From contig CAYYQL010000001.1 of the NCBI GenBank assembly GCA_964473825.1, positions 255,226 through 319,225 on the forward strand: DNA of 64,000 bases. The letters run 5' to 3'. Positions 1-10,162 of the stretch are shown here, piece after piece (position 1 is the first letter of the stretch; each line of letters starts with the position of its first letter). This DNA comes from an uncultured archaeon. GTDB taxonomy: Archaea; Asgardarchaeota; Thorarchaeia; Thorarchaeales; Thorarchaeaceae. Position numbers and translations under genes: made by a program. Under the pieces are notes generated by a model that did not search any database, was not told where the DNA came from, and saw only the letters and a list, made by a program, of their open reading frames with translations.

Positions 1-209
1 ACGTCACTATACACTTGGACCCATTTATCGGTGGGTTGGATACAAACAGTATACCGGAACTGGGCATCATCACTCGTCGCGGAAGGGCTGGCCGGCTTCT
101 CGTCTTTGCGTTCAGTGAATGTCAACTCGAATCGTCCCTTCTTCTCATTCCATGTGTGCTTCATTTCGAGAAGGTCTAGGTAATCAGCAATCTGTTCCTT
201 AGTATCCAA
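1..209 (-). CDS. Partial CDS running off the window edge; possibly YbjN/T3SS-chaperone-like fold
   Basis: Manual translation from TTG at 209, with GGTGA upstream: MDTKEQIADYLDLLEMKHTWNEKKGRFELTF...FRYTVCIQPTDKWVQVYSD, open to the edge. Confidence 0.55.
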   Translation of the reverse strand, partial: MDTKEQIADYLDLLEMKHTWNEKKGRFELTFTERKDEKPASPSATSDDAQFRYTVCIQPTDKWVQVYSD

Positions 210-279
210 TCAACTCACCACTTCCTCAGACATTCACTCTCATTTTAAGTGTGATGCGACAACCCATCTCCAGCTTGTT

Positions 280-1878
280 TCATAAGAGGGGGACACTGCT
301 CCAGTTCACCCAGTAGACCGACATGACTGGTCGAGCACAGATTACATTGTCTGTCAGATTCACAGTATAAAGACGGCGAGCCGCATTTCCAAGAGCAGGC
401 CTCCAGATTCTATACCACACCTCAAACAGCACGAGATACTCACAGCCATGATCACGCAGATATTGTAGGGTTTGGGATAGAGTCAAGTTCATGTGGGTCA
501 TATCTGGAGTGACAAGACCCAAGAGATCGATAACCTGTCGCTCTGAGAAGAAACGAATTGCACCGACATCACTGATAGCCAGTACTGCATCCGACGGTGT
601 GTTCTCGTTGATCCAGGAACCGATTGTTACTTGCATTTCATTTATGTTCTTGACCGCGTTACCGAAGAACTGTGCTTGGTGGTTGTAAGCCCCGACAGTT
701 GGAGCCACTAGAAGACCTATGATGACAAAGCTCACTGCAGCGTGACGAAAAGTAGCACTCGGTATTATTCGATTCATCATCGCATAGGCAATCCCTGAAA
801 GACCAATCACTGCGCAGAGCATCAAGAGAGCGAAAGTCGGAACGAGGTATCTAGCATTATTCACAAGTGCCTGATAGGGTGTAACTAGCCTGTACAGCAG
901 AATCAGGGACAGAGGCACTATCCAGACGTACGGCCTCATATTCTTGAGTGTAAATGCACCTGTTATGGCACCGATGCCCAAGAAGCAATAAGCGCTGAGC
1001 CAGTACGTCCACCATGAGTTCCAAGCCTCAATCTCAAACTCTGTCGGAGTGCCTGTCTTGGCATAGAAGGTGTCTGGAAGTAGATGGCCGGTGACGCTAA
1101 GACAATGTAGAATCCAAGGAAGCATGATGAACAGCGCGATGGGAATCTTCATGGCAAACAGACCAAGTTGACGAGATTTGTTTTCTGATCGTACAAGCCG
1201 TACCAGAAGACGGGTGAGAACACATAGTCCTAAGGGCACCAGACCCTCAGGTCGGGCCAGAAATGCAGCGCCCCAGAGAACTCCTAGCATTACATCATAT
1301 GCTTCTCCGTCCTGTGCGGCTGTCCAGATTCCAGCAATGAGAATGAAGCCAAAAAGAGGATACTCCATTCCCGAGAGCATAAGCCAAGTGTTTCCCGGTA
1401 CCAGCACGAATCCCACTATGGCAAGCGCAGAAACCATCAGGTTGTTTGTGTGTTCCAAGACCACAAGGCCTGCAAGGAATGATGTTGCAGTGTACAAAAT
1501 CCACGCAATAAGATGGACACCCAGAACAAGAAGTGAAGTGTCACTTGTGAAAAAGAACAGCGGACTCAGAACGATCGACCACAAAGGACTCGTGGATCCT
1601 GTCGAAGGAACTCCAGGAGAATACTCCCATGCTCGGCCCTCGAATATACTGCGCGCATATTCAAGATGTATCCAAGAATCGTCCAAGCTGAATCCGGGAT
1701 CTGTCCAACCAAACATGACAGCCAGATAATGGATGACTGTTGTAGTTGTCACAACTACCGCAATGATCAGTATGAGTATTCTGTGTGATGTGGCTATTCT
1801 GTCTACATGGAAACGAGAATCAAGCCAAGAATCAATCTTGTCCATCCAATCATCATCTTTAGTCATAGGTTCCTTCAT
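280..1878 (-). CDS. Multi-pass GT-C-fold membrane glycosyltransferase (ArnT/PMT-like)
   Basis: About 12 TM segments; DDSWIHLEYARS loop, GSTSPLW, RPEG, and a C-terminal DVGAIRFF...DLLGL soluble domain. Confidence 0.75.
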   Translation of the reverse strand: MKEPMTKDDDWMDKIDSWLDSRFHVDRIATSHRILILIIAVVVTTTTVIHYLAVMFGWTDPGFSLDDSWIHLEYARSIFEGRAWEYSPGVPSTGSTSPLWSIVLSPLFFFTSDTSLLVLGVHLIAWILYTATSFLAGLVVLEHTNNLMVSALAIVGFVLVPGNTWLMLSGMEYPLFGFILIAGIWTAAQDGEAYDVMLGVLWGAAFLARPEGLVPLGLCVLTRLLVRLVRSENKSRQLGLFAMKIPIALFIMLPWILHCLSVTGHLLPDTFYAKTGTPTEFEIEAWNSWWTYWLSAYCFLGIGAITGAFTLKNMRPYVWIVPLSLILLYRLVTPYQALVNNARYLVPTFALLMLCAVIGLSGIAYAMMNRIIPSATFRHAAVSFVIIGLLVAPTVGAYNHQAQFFGNAVKNINEMQVTIGSWINENTPSDAVLAISDVGAIRFFSERQVIDLLGLVTPDMTHMNLTLSQTLQYLRDHGCEYLVLFEVWYRIWRPALGNAARRLYTVNLTDNVICARPVMSVYWVNWSSVPLL

Positions 1879-2091
1879 AGACTAGGCTCACCAATACCTC
1901 AATCCACTCTCATGCATTCAACATCAGCCATCGTATTTGATTAATATCAATCTAATCATGCACGAGAATAGTTTCGGTGGCCTCACTCCACTGCCATACT
2001 GTTTCACCAATCAGACAACCATCCAGAAGAAGCGACAAAGCACCCGGACTTCATACTGAAGCCTGTCCTAGTCTGCAGAAGGGGTCAGAAA

Positions 2092-3246
2092 ATGTACACG
2101 ACACAGGCTCTTGGAAACCAAACAGTCCTTCAAGCGGCAGAGAAAACAACAGAGCTGACAGTCTTCACACCTCCCGGGATAGTCATCGAAACTGCGAGGT
2201 ATCCCACAGTCTTTGCGGGCATTCTCGGATCTCTCAGCCCCTCCAAACACCTCTCAATATTCAATCATCCCGAGGCATGGCAAGGTCTAGATAGACAAAC
2301 CCTTCTTAGCATGCGACGAAGCCTCTACAGATTTGTTCTTCCTCTCAATGCACGCAACGGGAAACCTGAAAGAGTGGCGCGGATTATTCAGAACATCGCT
2401 CTTGCGGTTAATCCTCTTGCCATAGGCGTGGAGGGTCCCACCCTGCCTCCTCGTCATCTCCAGCCCCAGGCTGGCCTTCTTCCTGCCAGCCCACGTATCC
2501 AGGTGAGGTCGATTGACCTTCTCACTGAGCCAGAGATCAGTACTGTGGCTGAAAGAATCGCACAGAGAGACATTCCTGCAGCCGAAGGTGTCTGGCAACT
2601 CATGGACTATGACTATTCTCTTGACCAGGTGGCACGGATCATGGCCGCAGGCTTACTGGGAAGACATGGCTCACGTCGATTTGTACCACTCCACGGAGCC
2701 TACAAGGCAGTAATCGACTCATTTGTGAGCAGAGCGATTTTCGAACTATCTGAAATGAAACACGTCAATGAAACCCAAGTCCACATTGCCACTCATCTGG
2801 ACTCTCTCGTGGTTGTGGCAATACGGCCGGGACCTCCGAGAGTTGACTATCTTCAACTCGATGACTCGGACACCCTAAGAAGGGCCAAGCATAGCATAGA
2901 GAGCCCTCAATCTGCACCATCAGATGCAAAGACAGCCCTCTATGCTGACCATGCTCGTTTCATAGTCTACAAGAGAATGCTACAAGACCAACAGTCTTCT
3001 CACGTCACAGTATTCCATCACATCCTAAGTGGAAATGATGCCATCTTGGGACCTTGGACCGTACGCGCCGCAATAGAGAAATCGCTTGAGAACAAGCCTC
3101 TAGTCATCAATAACGAAAAGGATCTGCTTGTTGCCCTCGATTCCATTCTCTGCAATGACCTGGACCGATGGATTCGCGATGTCCCCGTACCGCACCGCAT
3201 TACAGGGACGAATGATAGCGTATCGGCCTATCCACTACTAGCATAG
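2092..3246 (+). CDS. Divergent Nre-family (DUF650/651) DNA repair protein homolog
   Basis: PPGIVI...YPTVFAGIL, PEAW, AGLLG..SRRFVP...AVID and GPWTVRAA match the Nre pattern; N-terminal Zn finger absent. Confidence 0.6.
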   Translation: MYTTQALGNQTVLQAAEKTTELTVFTPPGIVIETARYPTVFAGILGSLSPSKHLSIFNHPEAWQGLDRQTLLSMRRSLYRFVLPLNARNGKPERVARIIQNIALAVNPLAIGVEGPTLPPRHLQPQAGLLPASPRIQVRSIDLLTEPEISTVAERIAQRDIPAAEGVWQLMDYDYSLDQVARIMAAGLLGRHGSRRFVPLHGAYKAVIDSFVSRAIFELSEMKHVNETQVHIATHLDSLVVVAIRPGPPRVDYLQLDDSDTLRRAKHSIESPQSAPSDAKTALYADHARFIVYKRMLQDQQSSHVTVFHHILSGNDAILGPWTVRAAIEKSLENKPLVINNEKDLLVALDSILCNDLDRWIRDVPVPHRITGTNDSVSAYPLLA

Positions 3247-3286
3247 AAAAAATAAAGAAAGAGAGGTGAGACCTGTCGGTCTCGCC
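3247..3286 (-). terminator. Hairpin plus U-tract terminator
   Basis: Minus strand GCGAGACC-GACA-GGTCTCAC followed by CTCTCTTTCTTTATTTTT right after the stop codon. Confidence 0.6.
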
Positions 3287-4245
3287 TAAATCAACTCTTT
3301 TGCCTCTTTTCGGGAGACTCCCTTGTAGAGCAATGCTAGACCAATGATGGAAAGCATACTGCCTGAAACAACACCGGCTCCCACTAAGATTCCAAGGTAG
3401 AATGCCAGTGCTAGTAGGCCAATGCCCGCGAGCAAGGAGATGAGTCCAAAGCCAATACCCATCGCTCTGAATGCCATAGAGCGTGGATACTTGCTCTCGA
3501 TGACGTAACCAGTGGCAGCAGCAACAGAAGCCTTGTATTTCTTGTTGCCGTATCTATAGGTCAGCTCCCAGACCGGGACATGTATCAAGAAAGTCTCACC
3601 GACGTCCAAGTTGTCGTTCCGAGTTTCGATCTTGTCAACTTCCTCAAGAACCAATCTAGTCTGCCGGTCGTAGGCAGCCTTCTTCGCAGCCTCTCGAGCC
3701 TCATCCTCACCGATCCTACTGTGCAACACCTTACCATCGAACTCATCCGCATGTGCGTTACTGAAGTATTCCTTTGCTCTCGTGGGGATTGGGAAGTTTC
3801 GGATGTCCTCGTCAATACTGGGGATACCCGGGATACTGATCTCATGCCGACGCGTGAACGATCCTGATTCTGGCTTATAGAAGAAATCTATCCGTTTGTA
3901 GGCCCCGCGTCTCTGAGGCCACTCATCATAGAAGTTGGCATCTTTGCCCATACCCTTGTAGGTAGTATGGGAGTCAATTCGGCTTATCCAGAAGGGATAG
4001 AAGACGAGTCTGTACTCCAGAAACCTAGCAGCAACAGAGAGGTCCCCTGGCGTGCCAAGTTGCTTTGAACACCAGTCAAGCAAGGTTCGTTGAGATTCAC
4101 TTTGGTTGAAGTGAACACGGATCATGTAGTGGTCCTTGAACTTCGCCCCCTCAGTAGTCTGAGCAGTACCACAATAGGGACAAACGAGAAGAACGTCTCC
4201 GCGTCCTGTTTCGAAGTCTGCATCACAAAAAGCACATCTAGCCAT
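3286..4245 (-). CDS. Zn-ribbon membrane protein (YdjG-like), paralog 2
   Basis: CxxC-x14-CPYCG N-terminus, FYPFW and HVPVW motifs, two C-terminal TM helices. Confidence 0.7.
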   Translation of the reverse strand: MARCAFCDADFETGRGDVLLVCPYCGTAQTTEGAKFKDHYMIRVHFNQSESQRTLLDWCSKQLGTPGDLSVAARFLEYRLVFYPFWISRIDSHTTYKGMGKDANFYDEWPQRRGAYKRIDFFYKPESGSFTRRHEISIPGIPSIDEDIRNFPIPTRAKEYFSNAHADEFDGKVLHSRIGEDEAREAAKKAAYDRQTRLVLEEVDKIETRNDNLDVGETFLIHVPVWELTYRYGNKKYKASVAAATGYVIESKYPRSMAFRAMGIGFGLISLLAGIGLLALAFYLGILVGAGVVSGSMLSIIGLALLYKGVSRKEAKELI

Positions 4246-4250
4246 TTACT

Positions 4251-5285
4251 TCACCCCTTCTTCTCCCGCTGCGTCATAAGCAGCACTTTCATTCCGAAAA
4301 ACGTCATGACGATTCCAATGACCAAAGCCAGAATACCTATCAGGCTCAGTTCGGTTATGTCAGCCGTAAAGCCCCAGTAAGCCATTTGGCCGCCAGCTCC
4401 ACCCAGCACTATTCCAATCAGACCCACAACGGTCCAGAGTATTCTCTGGGCTCGGGTGATAGGAATCTCACCTCTAACTACTTTTCCGCTGTGACCATTT
4501 AGAGCACACTTGTAGAGCTGGCCCTCGAACTTGTATCGAACCAAGGCAAAAGGAGTCTGAAGGTACGTCGTCCCGCGCACGTTTGTGTTTGTGCGACAGT
4601 CAAAGAGTTCCTGCAGTCCTGACTTGGCCTGGCTCCGATGTCTGTCTGCCACACGACCGTGTACAGTCTTCTCAAACTCCTCCTGTCCAATCTCTGCATT
4701 GAGAATCATGGGTTCGAGATCCTTAATCTTCTCAAAGTTGTAGGGCTCAGTATTCTTAACATCGACGGTTTCGAGATAGTCCTCCAGACCATAGAATCTG
4801 GCACCCTTCCGTGCCACGAGACGTTCATCTGTATCAGTATGAATCTCATCCTTAACCGGGACGTAGCCAGTTTCGTACTCTGTCACAGTGCGAGTTCGAG
4901 TGTTTCCCTCGCTATCTGTATAAGTCTCTTGACGCTGAACCGGTACCTGGACCGTTTTGTAGCCTTTGTACCAAGTGTCAGCCTTTATTTTTGCCGTCCA
5001 GACAGGCACATAGATGAGGGTATTCTCCACAACCTCGGCCGAGTCAAGCAATGCCTTGTTGATTCCCTTGTTCTTATCCAAGAAATCTCGAAAAGCCTTG
5101 AGCCGATCATCGCTATCTTTCGCGGCCTCCATCAAGTGTTCGCCGATAGCCATGCCTTCGATTGTGGTGGTGCTTCCGCAGAATGAGCACGTAATAACAA
5201 CATCATCTGGGCCTAGCCGGACATTGCCGTTGCAGACTGGGCATTTCATTGTGTCTGCTGCGGCTGTTTCCGATGCCATATCCAA
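4251..5285 (-). CDS. Zn-ribbon membrane protein (YdjG-like), paralog 1
   Basis: CPVC...CSFCG, YVPVW, LNGHSGKVVRGEIP and two C-terminal TMs; 5 bp from the downstream paralog. Confidence 0.7.
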   Translation of the reverse strand: MDMASETAAADTMKCPVCNGNVRLGPDDVVITCSFCGSTTTIEGMAIGEHLMEAAKDSDDRLKAFRDFLDKNKGINKALLDSAEVVENTLIYVPVWTAKIKADTWYKGYKTVQVPVQRQETYTDSEGNTRTRTVTEYETGYVPVKDEIHTDTDERLVARKGARFYGLEDYLETVDVKNTEPYNFEKIKDLEPMILNAEIGQEEFEKTVHGRVADRHRSQAKSGLQELFDCRTNTNVRGTTYLQTPFALVRYKFEGQLYKCALNGHSGKVVRGEIPITRAQRILWTVVGLIGIVLGGAGGQMAYWGFTADITELSLIGILALVIGIVMTFFGMKVLLMTQREKKG

Positions 5286-5444
5286 TTGTCTCCTGAATTA
5301 GTTACTGAGAGTCGAAGAGTCGTCGATTTCTATTTAGAGTTGTGGTGTTATATCCCCCTAGATAGGGGATATCCAAGAATCTCGCATCTGCCCTCTGCCA
5401 CCGGAAGGCAAAGATTCCTCTGAACCCCAACACAAGTGCCTAAT

Positions 5445-6626
5445 CTATTGCCGCATCTCGTCACGAAGCCGGGCGGCAGAGAACTCATCCACACGTTCTT
5501 TGACTTCCTCTCTCGCAATCTGGTGCTTCTCAAGAAAATCCATGACCATTGGTGCAAGTATCTGTTTGCATTCACCACAGAGAAGGTCACCGCCTGTGCA
5601 TCTCTTCTCGATGTCAGCCAGGTCACGGTCATCTGGCATGAAGAGAAACTTGTAATACTTGAAGACCGGGCAGATGTAGGGATTGGCTCCCAGTCTTCGT
5701 TGCTCCTCTGCCGTGGCCCTTCCGCCTGTGAAGGCATTCATCACCTTTTTCTTCGCCATCTTGGGAGAATCAGTTGTGAAGATGGCCGACATCGGATCCG
5801 ACGCAGACATCTTGCCCCCCTCGCCCAGACCCGGAACAAACTTGTTTTGAATAGACGCGGGCTTGTAGTAACCCAAACCCTCTGCAACGTCGCGAGTGAC
5901 GCGCCAATAGGGGTCTTGGTCTATGGCACATGGAATGAGACACGGGGTCTTCACTCCAACCATCTCACTATGTAGGAAGGCAGGGACAGCCTGCATAGCA
6001 GGGTACCAGATCCCACCTATGTTCATGCTATTGTCGAACCCATAGACAGCCCTTGCAGTAGAGAATGTTACTTTCTTAGCCACCCGTACGGCTATCTCAT
6101 ACAACAGGTCAATATGCTTGATGTCGTCAATGATATAGGTATCCTCAGGTTCAAACCCAAGAGCCAGAAGGTCCAGTGTGTTCTCGTACGTGTACTTGTA
6201 CACATCCTCCAGCTCAAGCTCAGGATTGAAAAGAAACTTCTCATCATCAGTCATCTGGAAATAAAGGCGGGTGTCAAATCGCTCCTGAAGCCATTTCGTG
6301 AATCGCCATGGAATGAGGTGGCCAATATGTGTGTGACCACTTGGACCTCTTCCAGTGTATAGGATGAATTTGTTGCCTTTCTGATACTCATTCAACAGCC
6401 AGTTCAGGTCCCGATGAGAATAGACCAGATCCCGCTCCACAAGGATGTGCCGCTCGCCTGCAACCCTGTAGAGTTTCTCCTTCAACTCATCAGTTATCCG
6501 CTCGGTCCCGAACTTCTCAATGAGTCTATCGTAGTCAACCTTGCCGCGTACTTCCCATGGTGTGACTATCATTTCATCGTCATCATTTGACACACGACTA
6601 ACCTCATCTCTGGTGCTTTGGTTCAT
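5445..6626 (-). CDS. trpS: Tryptophanyl-tRNA synthetase (archaeal/eukaryotic type)
   Basis: VTPWEV, YTGRGPS..HIGH, IPCAIDQDPY, KMSAS. Confidence 0.97.
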   Translation of the reverse strand: MNQSTRDEVSRVSNDDDEMIVTPWEVRGKVDYDRLIEKFGTERITDELKEKLYRVAGERHILVERDLVYSHRDLNWLLNEYQKGNKFILYTGRGPSGHTHIGHLIPWRFTKWLQERFDTRLYFQMTDDEKFLFNPELELEDVYKYTYENTLDLLALGFEPEDTYIIDDIKHIDLLYEIAVRVAKKVTFSTARAVYGFDNSMNIGGIWYPAMQAVPAFLHSEMVGVKTPCLIPCAIDQDPYWRVTRDVAEGLGYYKPASIQNKFVPGLGEGGKMSASDPMSAIFTTDSPKMAKKKVMNAFTGGRATAEEQRRLGANPYICPVFKYYKFLFMPDDRDLADIEKRCTGGDLLCGECKQILAPMVMDFLEKHQIAREEVKERVDEFSAARLRDEMRQ

Positions 6627-6825
6627 GGTGAACCAGTCAATTCCGATGGTCGAAGAAGCATGAAATTAAGGTTGCTGGTCAGGAGGAGACCCTTTTTCCA
6701 GTCCTCTGACCTTCACAGATTCTAAGAAGTCATGGGATGCTTATCGAGAATAGGGGTCAACGGTTATCATGACAGAACCGCAACAACTACACTTGAGAAA
6801 GAAGTACGAGTGGTGATGCTGATAG

Positions 6826-7485
6826 TCACCTGTATGAGGCTTTGCGCTGCATCTCTGGAATGCGAATGTTTGTCTTCCCCATAAACACATCTCGGAGTAG
6901 CTCGAAATGCTCATCCAGATCCTTCAACAACTTCTCGAGAGCCTGTGGTTCGATGTTCGGCTCCGCAGTCCAGATGGTTAGATAGTTGCTGACAACCCCA
7001 ACCTCTATTCCGCCCTCCTCAAGGTCCCTGAATATCGTAATCTTCACAAGGAATTCGGACTCGAACATGTTAAGGATATCATGAATGCTCATCACGATGA
7101 GATCTAGAAAGCCAACGAGGTCGTCGATCTCGGGCGATTCGTTCGCGTTTCCACGGAGCGACTCCGTGAATGTCTGAATTGTGGATGTCTTCTGTCTGAG
7201 GCCCTCGAACATCTTCATGAGTTTGGTCAACTGCTTGATCGATGACTCAAGAGCTGGAACAAGCTTATCGTACAGATTGACCAGAAGTTTTCCTCGTGCG
7301 TTCTCACGGATATTGTTGAATCCTGATAGTTTGCCCAAGGGGCCGTCCAGATGCTCAATCTGAACGAGTGTGTTTGTGACAGCTTGAATGCCCTTGACCG
7401 AGCTTCGCTGAATCTTAGTCCAGCGTTCAACGAAGGTGTCTATGCCCTCGCGGAGTTCATCCAGAACCTCAAGCTCTTGGGACAT
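6826..7485 (-). CDS. Helical-bundle protein resembling the C1orf109/AIRIM (CK2S)-CINP family
   Basis: All-helical; W..IQ...N; LG.LS.F..IRE; MFESEFLVK..I..DL; YLTIW..EPNI. Confidence 0.55.
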   Translation of the reverse strand: MSQELEVLDELREGIDTFVERWTKIQRSSVKGIQAVTNTLVQIEHLDGPLGKLSGFNNIRENARGKLLVNLYDKLVPALESSIKQLTKLMKMFEGLRQKTSTIQTFTESLRGNANESPEIDDLVGFLDLIVMSIHDILNMFESEFLVKITIFRDLEEGGIEVGVVSNYLTIWTAEPNIEPQALEKLLKDLDEHFELLRDVFMGKTNIRIPEMQRKASYR

Positions 7486-7634
7486 TTCGTTTTCTCCGGT
7501 GGTTAAGCTCTCGAATGCATTTATAATTCATTCTGCGGGGGCATTTCTCAAGAACCGAGCCCTCTTTGTACAGACTATCCTTTTCTGTCATTTTCTAGCA
7601 TTGTGGTGATAATTTTCGGCCACATAGGCCCTAA

Positions 7635-8192
7635 TCAGAGACTTGACTCGCTGGAAGATGATCTATAGCCCTGTAGAAGGTCTGAACGAGTAATTAAACC
7701 AGACAGCCTACCACCAGTCACCACCAAGACCGCTTGGAATGTGTCAAAGAGCTGGAGAATCCAGGATATGGGTGTGGCCTCATCAACCTGTGGAGGAGCC
7801 ATCGTTTCCATCACCGCTTGAACCGAGAGCTGGTTCAGATCGTGATTGAGATTCCTGATGATATCTCGCTCGGTGACCATCCCCACCAGACTACGCCCCC
7901 GAACCACAGGAAGCTGAGAGAACCCCTTCTGCAGCATTATCCTGACAACATCAGAGGCGCTATCACGAGCATCTACAGTGACTGGATTCTGAGTCATCAC
8001 CTCCGAACACCTGACGGAGTAACCAGCCAATGCCTCATAGATTCTCATCACGATAGAGAGCTTGGGATCAAGGTCGCCAGTTTCCACTCGGGCTATGTAT
8101 GATTGTGACACACCAACCACTTCGGCCAGTTCTTTCTGTGTCATTCTTGCGCGTTTGCGAAGGCTTGCGATACTCTCCGTGCTAAAGACCAT
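7635..8192 (-). CDS. XRE-HTH plus CBS-pair transcriptional regulator (COG3620)
   Basis: MTQKELAEVVGVSQSYIARVE HTH followed by tandem CBS domains (FSQLPV). Confidence 0.9.
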   Translation of the reverse strand: MVFSTESIASLRKRARMTQKELAEVVGVSQSYIARVETGDLDPKLSIVMRIYEALAGYSVRCSEVMTQNPVTVDARDSASDVVRIMLQKGFSQLPVVRGRSLVGMVTERDIIRNLNHDLNQLSVQAVMETMAPPQVDEATPISWILQLFDTFQAVLVVTGGRLSGLITRSDLLQGYRSSSSESSL

Positions 8193-8313
8193 ATTGCATC
8201 AATCAATTACTATTGGTAATTTGAAAGCTCAAATCAATTATCCGCAGTAATTCTCTCAATAGACTTATATGTTCCGATTTGGGGCCGCCCAAGTTAACAA
8301 CGAGTTGATTATC

Positions 8314-9510
8314 ATGATACAAGTCACACGCGGAGATGGCCGCTGCATTTCAGAACGAGAAGTGGAGATTGTTGAGAGAAAGGGCAAAGGCCATCCCGAC
8401 ACCTTATGCGATAAGGCAGCAGAAGAGTTGTCTGTTCGTCTGAGCGAATACTATCTAGAAACATTTGGGAGAGTACAGCACCATAATGTGGACAAAGTCC
8501 TCCTTGTTGGTGGACAGTCCAATGCAAGGTTCGGAGGCGGCGATGTCATTGAGCCAATCTACCTGCTTCTGAGCGGAAGAGCAGTAGACGTGGTAGACAA
8601 AGACTACGAGAGACAGGTGCCCGTGGGAAAGTTTGCGGTTGAACACACTCGCCGCTGGCTGAGTGATGACCTTCCACACCTTGATGTGAATAGCGACCTT
8701 ATCGTCGATTACAAGATACGAGCTGGGAGTACTGACCTCGTAGGTAACTTCGATGTGGAAAGGGAGATACCTCGCGCTAACGATACAAGTTTTGGAGTAG
8801 CATACGGACCTCTATCAGCCACTGAGAAACTCGTATTGGAGTCCGAAAGGCTTCTTAACGAGCCCAAGACAAAAAAGAAGTGGCCGCAGATTGGTGAGGA
8901 TATAAAGGTCATGGGCACCAGAACTAATGAGAACATCTACTTGCAGGTTGCCGCTGCAATCATCTCCACCGAAACCAAAGACGCACACGAATATGCCAAT
9001 GTCATGAAAGGCATAGAGGACCTGCTCTTAGACCTCGCCCCCAAGATCACCGACTTGCCGGTCGAAGTTGGGGTCAATACTGCAGACTGTCCTGAAGAGG
9101 GGCTGTTCTATCTGACTGTAACAGGCACATCAGCTGAGCACGGTGATGATGGACAGGTCGGCAGGGGAAATCGTGCAAATGGACTAATCACGCCGTACCG
9201 CCCAATGACTCTTGAGGCAGCAGCCGGAAAGAATCCGGTCTCTCACGTTGGAAAGACCTACAATGTCGCAGCCAAGGAGATTGTAGACCGACTCGTCGAG
9301 GAACACCCAGAGGTGGAACAGATTTACTGCTACATGGTCAGTCAGATTGGTGCACCAATAACTGAGCCACGAGCCGTGAATGTTGAGTTATATGGTGATT
9401 GCGATATCAGTAGTATCCGAAGCTCGGTTGAGAGCATAGCTGAAGAAGTGATTGCAAAGCTACCTGATGTCTGGAAGGGTTTTGTCAAGAGAGAGTACCA
9501 ACTCTGGTAG
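8314..9510 (+). CDS. mat: Archaeal-type S-adenosylmethionine synthetase
   Basis: [38 protein letters not shown]; probable ATG at 8314 (ORF opens at 8269). Confidence 0.96.
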   Translation: MIQVTRGDGRCISEREVEIVERKGKGHPDTLCDKAAEELSVRLSEYYLETFGRVQHHNVDKVLLVGGQSNARFGGGDVIEPIYLLLSGRAVDVVDKDYERQVPVGKFAVEHTRRWLSDDLPHLDVNSDLIVDYKIRAGSTDLVGNFDVEREIPRANDTSFGVAYGPLSATEKLVLESERLLNEPKTKKKWPQIGEDIKVMGTRTNENIYLQVAAAIISTETKDAHEYANVMKGIEDLLLDLAPKITDLPVEVGVNTADCPEEGLFYLTVTGTSAEHGDDGQVGRGNRANGLITPYRPMTLEAAAGKNPVSHVGKTYNVAAKEIVDRLVEEHPEVEQIYCYMVSQIGAPITEPRAVNVELYGDCDISSIRSSVESIAEEVIAKLPDVWKGFVKREYQLW

Positions 9511-9526
9511 ATTGAAGATGGAATAC

Positions 9527-9559
9527 GAGGTCCCTCCAGGACCTCACCCCTGTTTTCTT
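9527..9559 (+). terminator. Hairpin plus pyrimidine tract after mat
   Basis: GAGGTCC-CTCCA-GGACCTC then CCCCTGTTTTCTT. Confidence 0.5.
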
Positions 9560-9648
9560 GATGGAAACGAAACCAATTCAATAGTCAATGATAGAATGAG
9601 GCTTGCAGTTCTTTGACAGGGAACTATCGTTGTTTCGACAATGAGGAA

Positions 9649-10008
9649 ATGCTCTCCGCCATCATGCTAGCTGACATGGGCAACAAAGAAGAGGCCAAGG
9701 AAAACGCTGGGAAGATGGCATATTGCCCCAAGTCAATATTCACAGGAGTAACGGGCTCAACAGCTGTGATGGTCTTTGTCGTCCCGGATTTCCAGAGATG
9801 GTGGCTTGAAGGACCAGAAGACTCGCCCGAGCTCATAGGGGCTCAGTCGGTCAGAGTGGTATACGTTGAACAAACAATCTCTCGGGTTGTGAGAGCAGAC
9901 CACACTGAGGACATGAAGATGGATGCACCCCCTTGCGGGTCAAGTTGTGTAAACTGCCCCATGAAGGAGAAACATGACTGCCCAGGATGCATTGCAGTCT
10001 ATCCGTGA
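9649..10008 (+). CDS. Small Cys-rich protein resembling the effector + Cys-cluster half of archaeal Lrp/AsnC regulators, without HTH
   Basis: YCPKSIF...; C-terminal PCGSSCVNCP..KHDCPGC. Confidence 0.5.
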   Translation: MLSAIMLADMGNKEEAKENAGKMAYCPKSIFTGVTGSTAVMVFVVPDFQRWWLEGPEDSPELIGAQSVRVVYVEQTISRVVRADHTEDMKMDAPPCGSSCVNCPMKEKHDCPGCIAVYP

Positions 10009-10162
10009 TTGATTCCTATTCCATGATGACAGGTCACAATCAGTCCATGCATAAGGTGTCCCGCGTGTTTCATGGTTACCGGTGGAGAGAATCGAATCTA
10101 GTACCACGGAGATATAGTGAAGCTTTTGTGGTCTGATAGTCAGAGGACTGCGATGAACCAAA

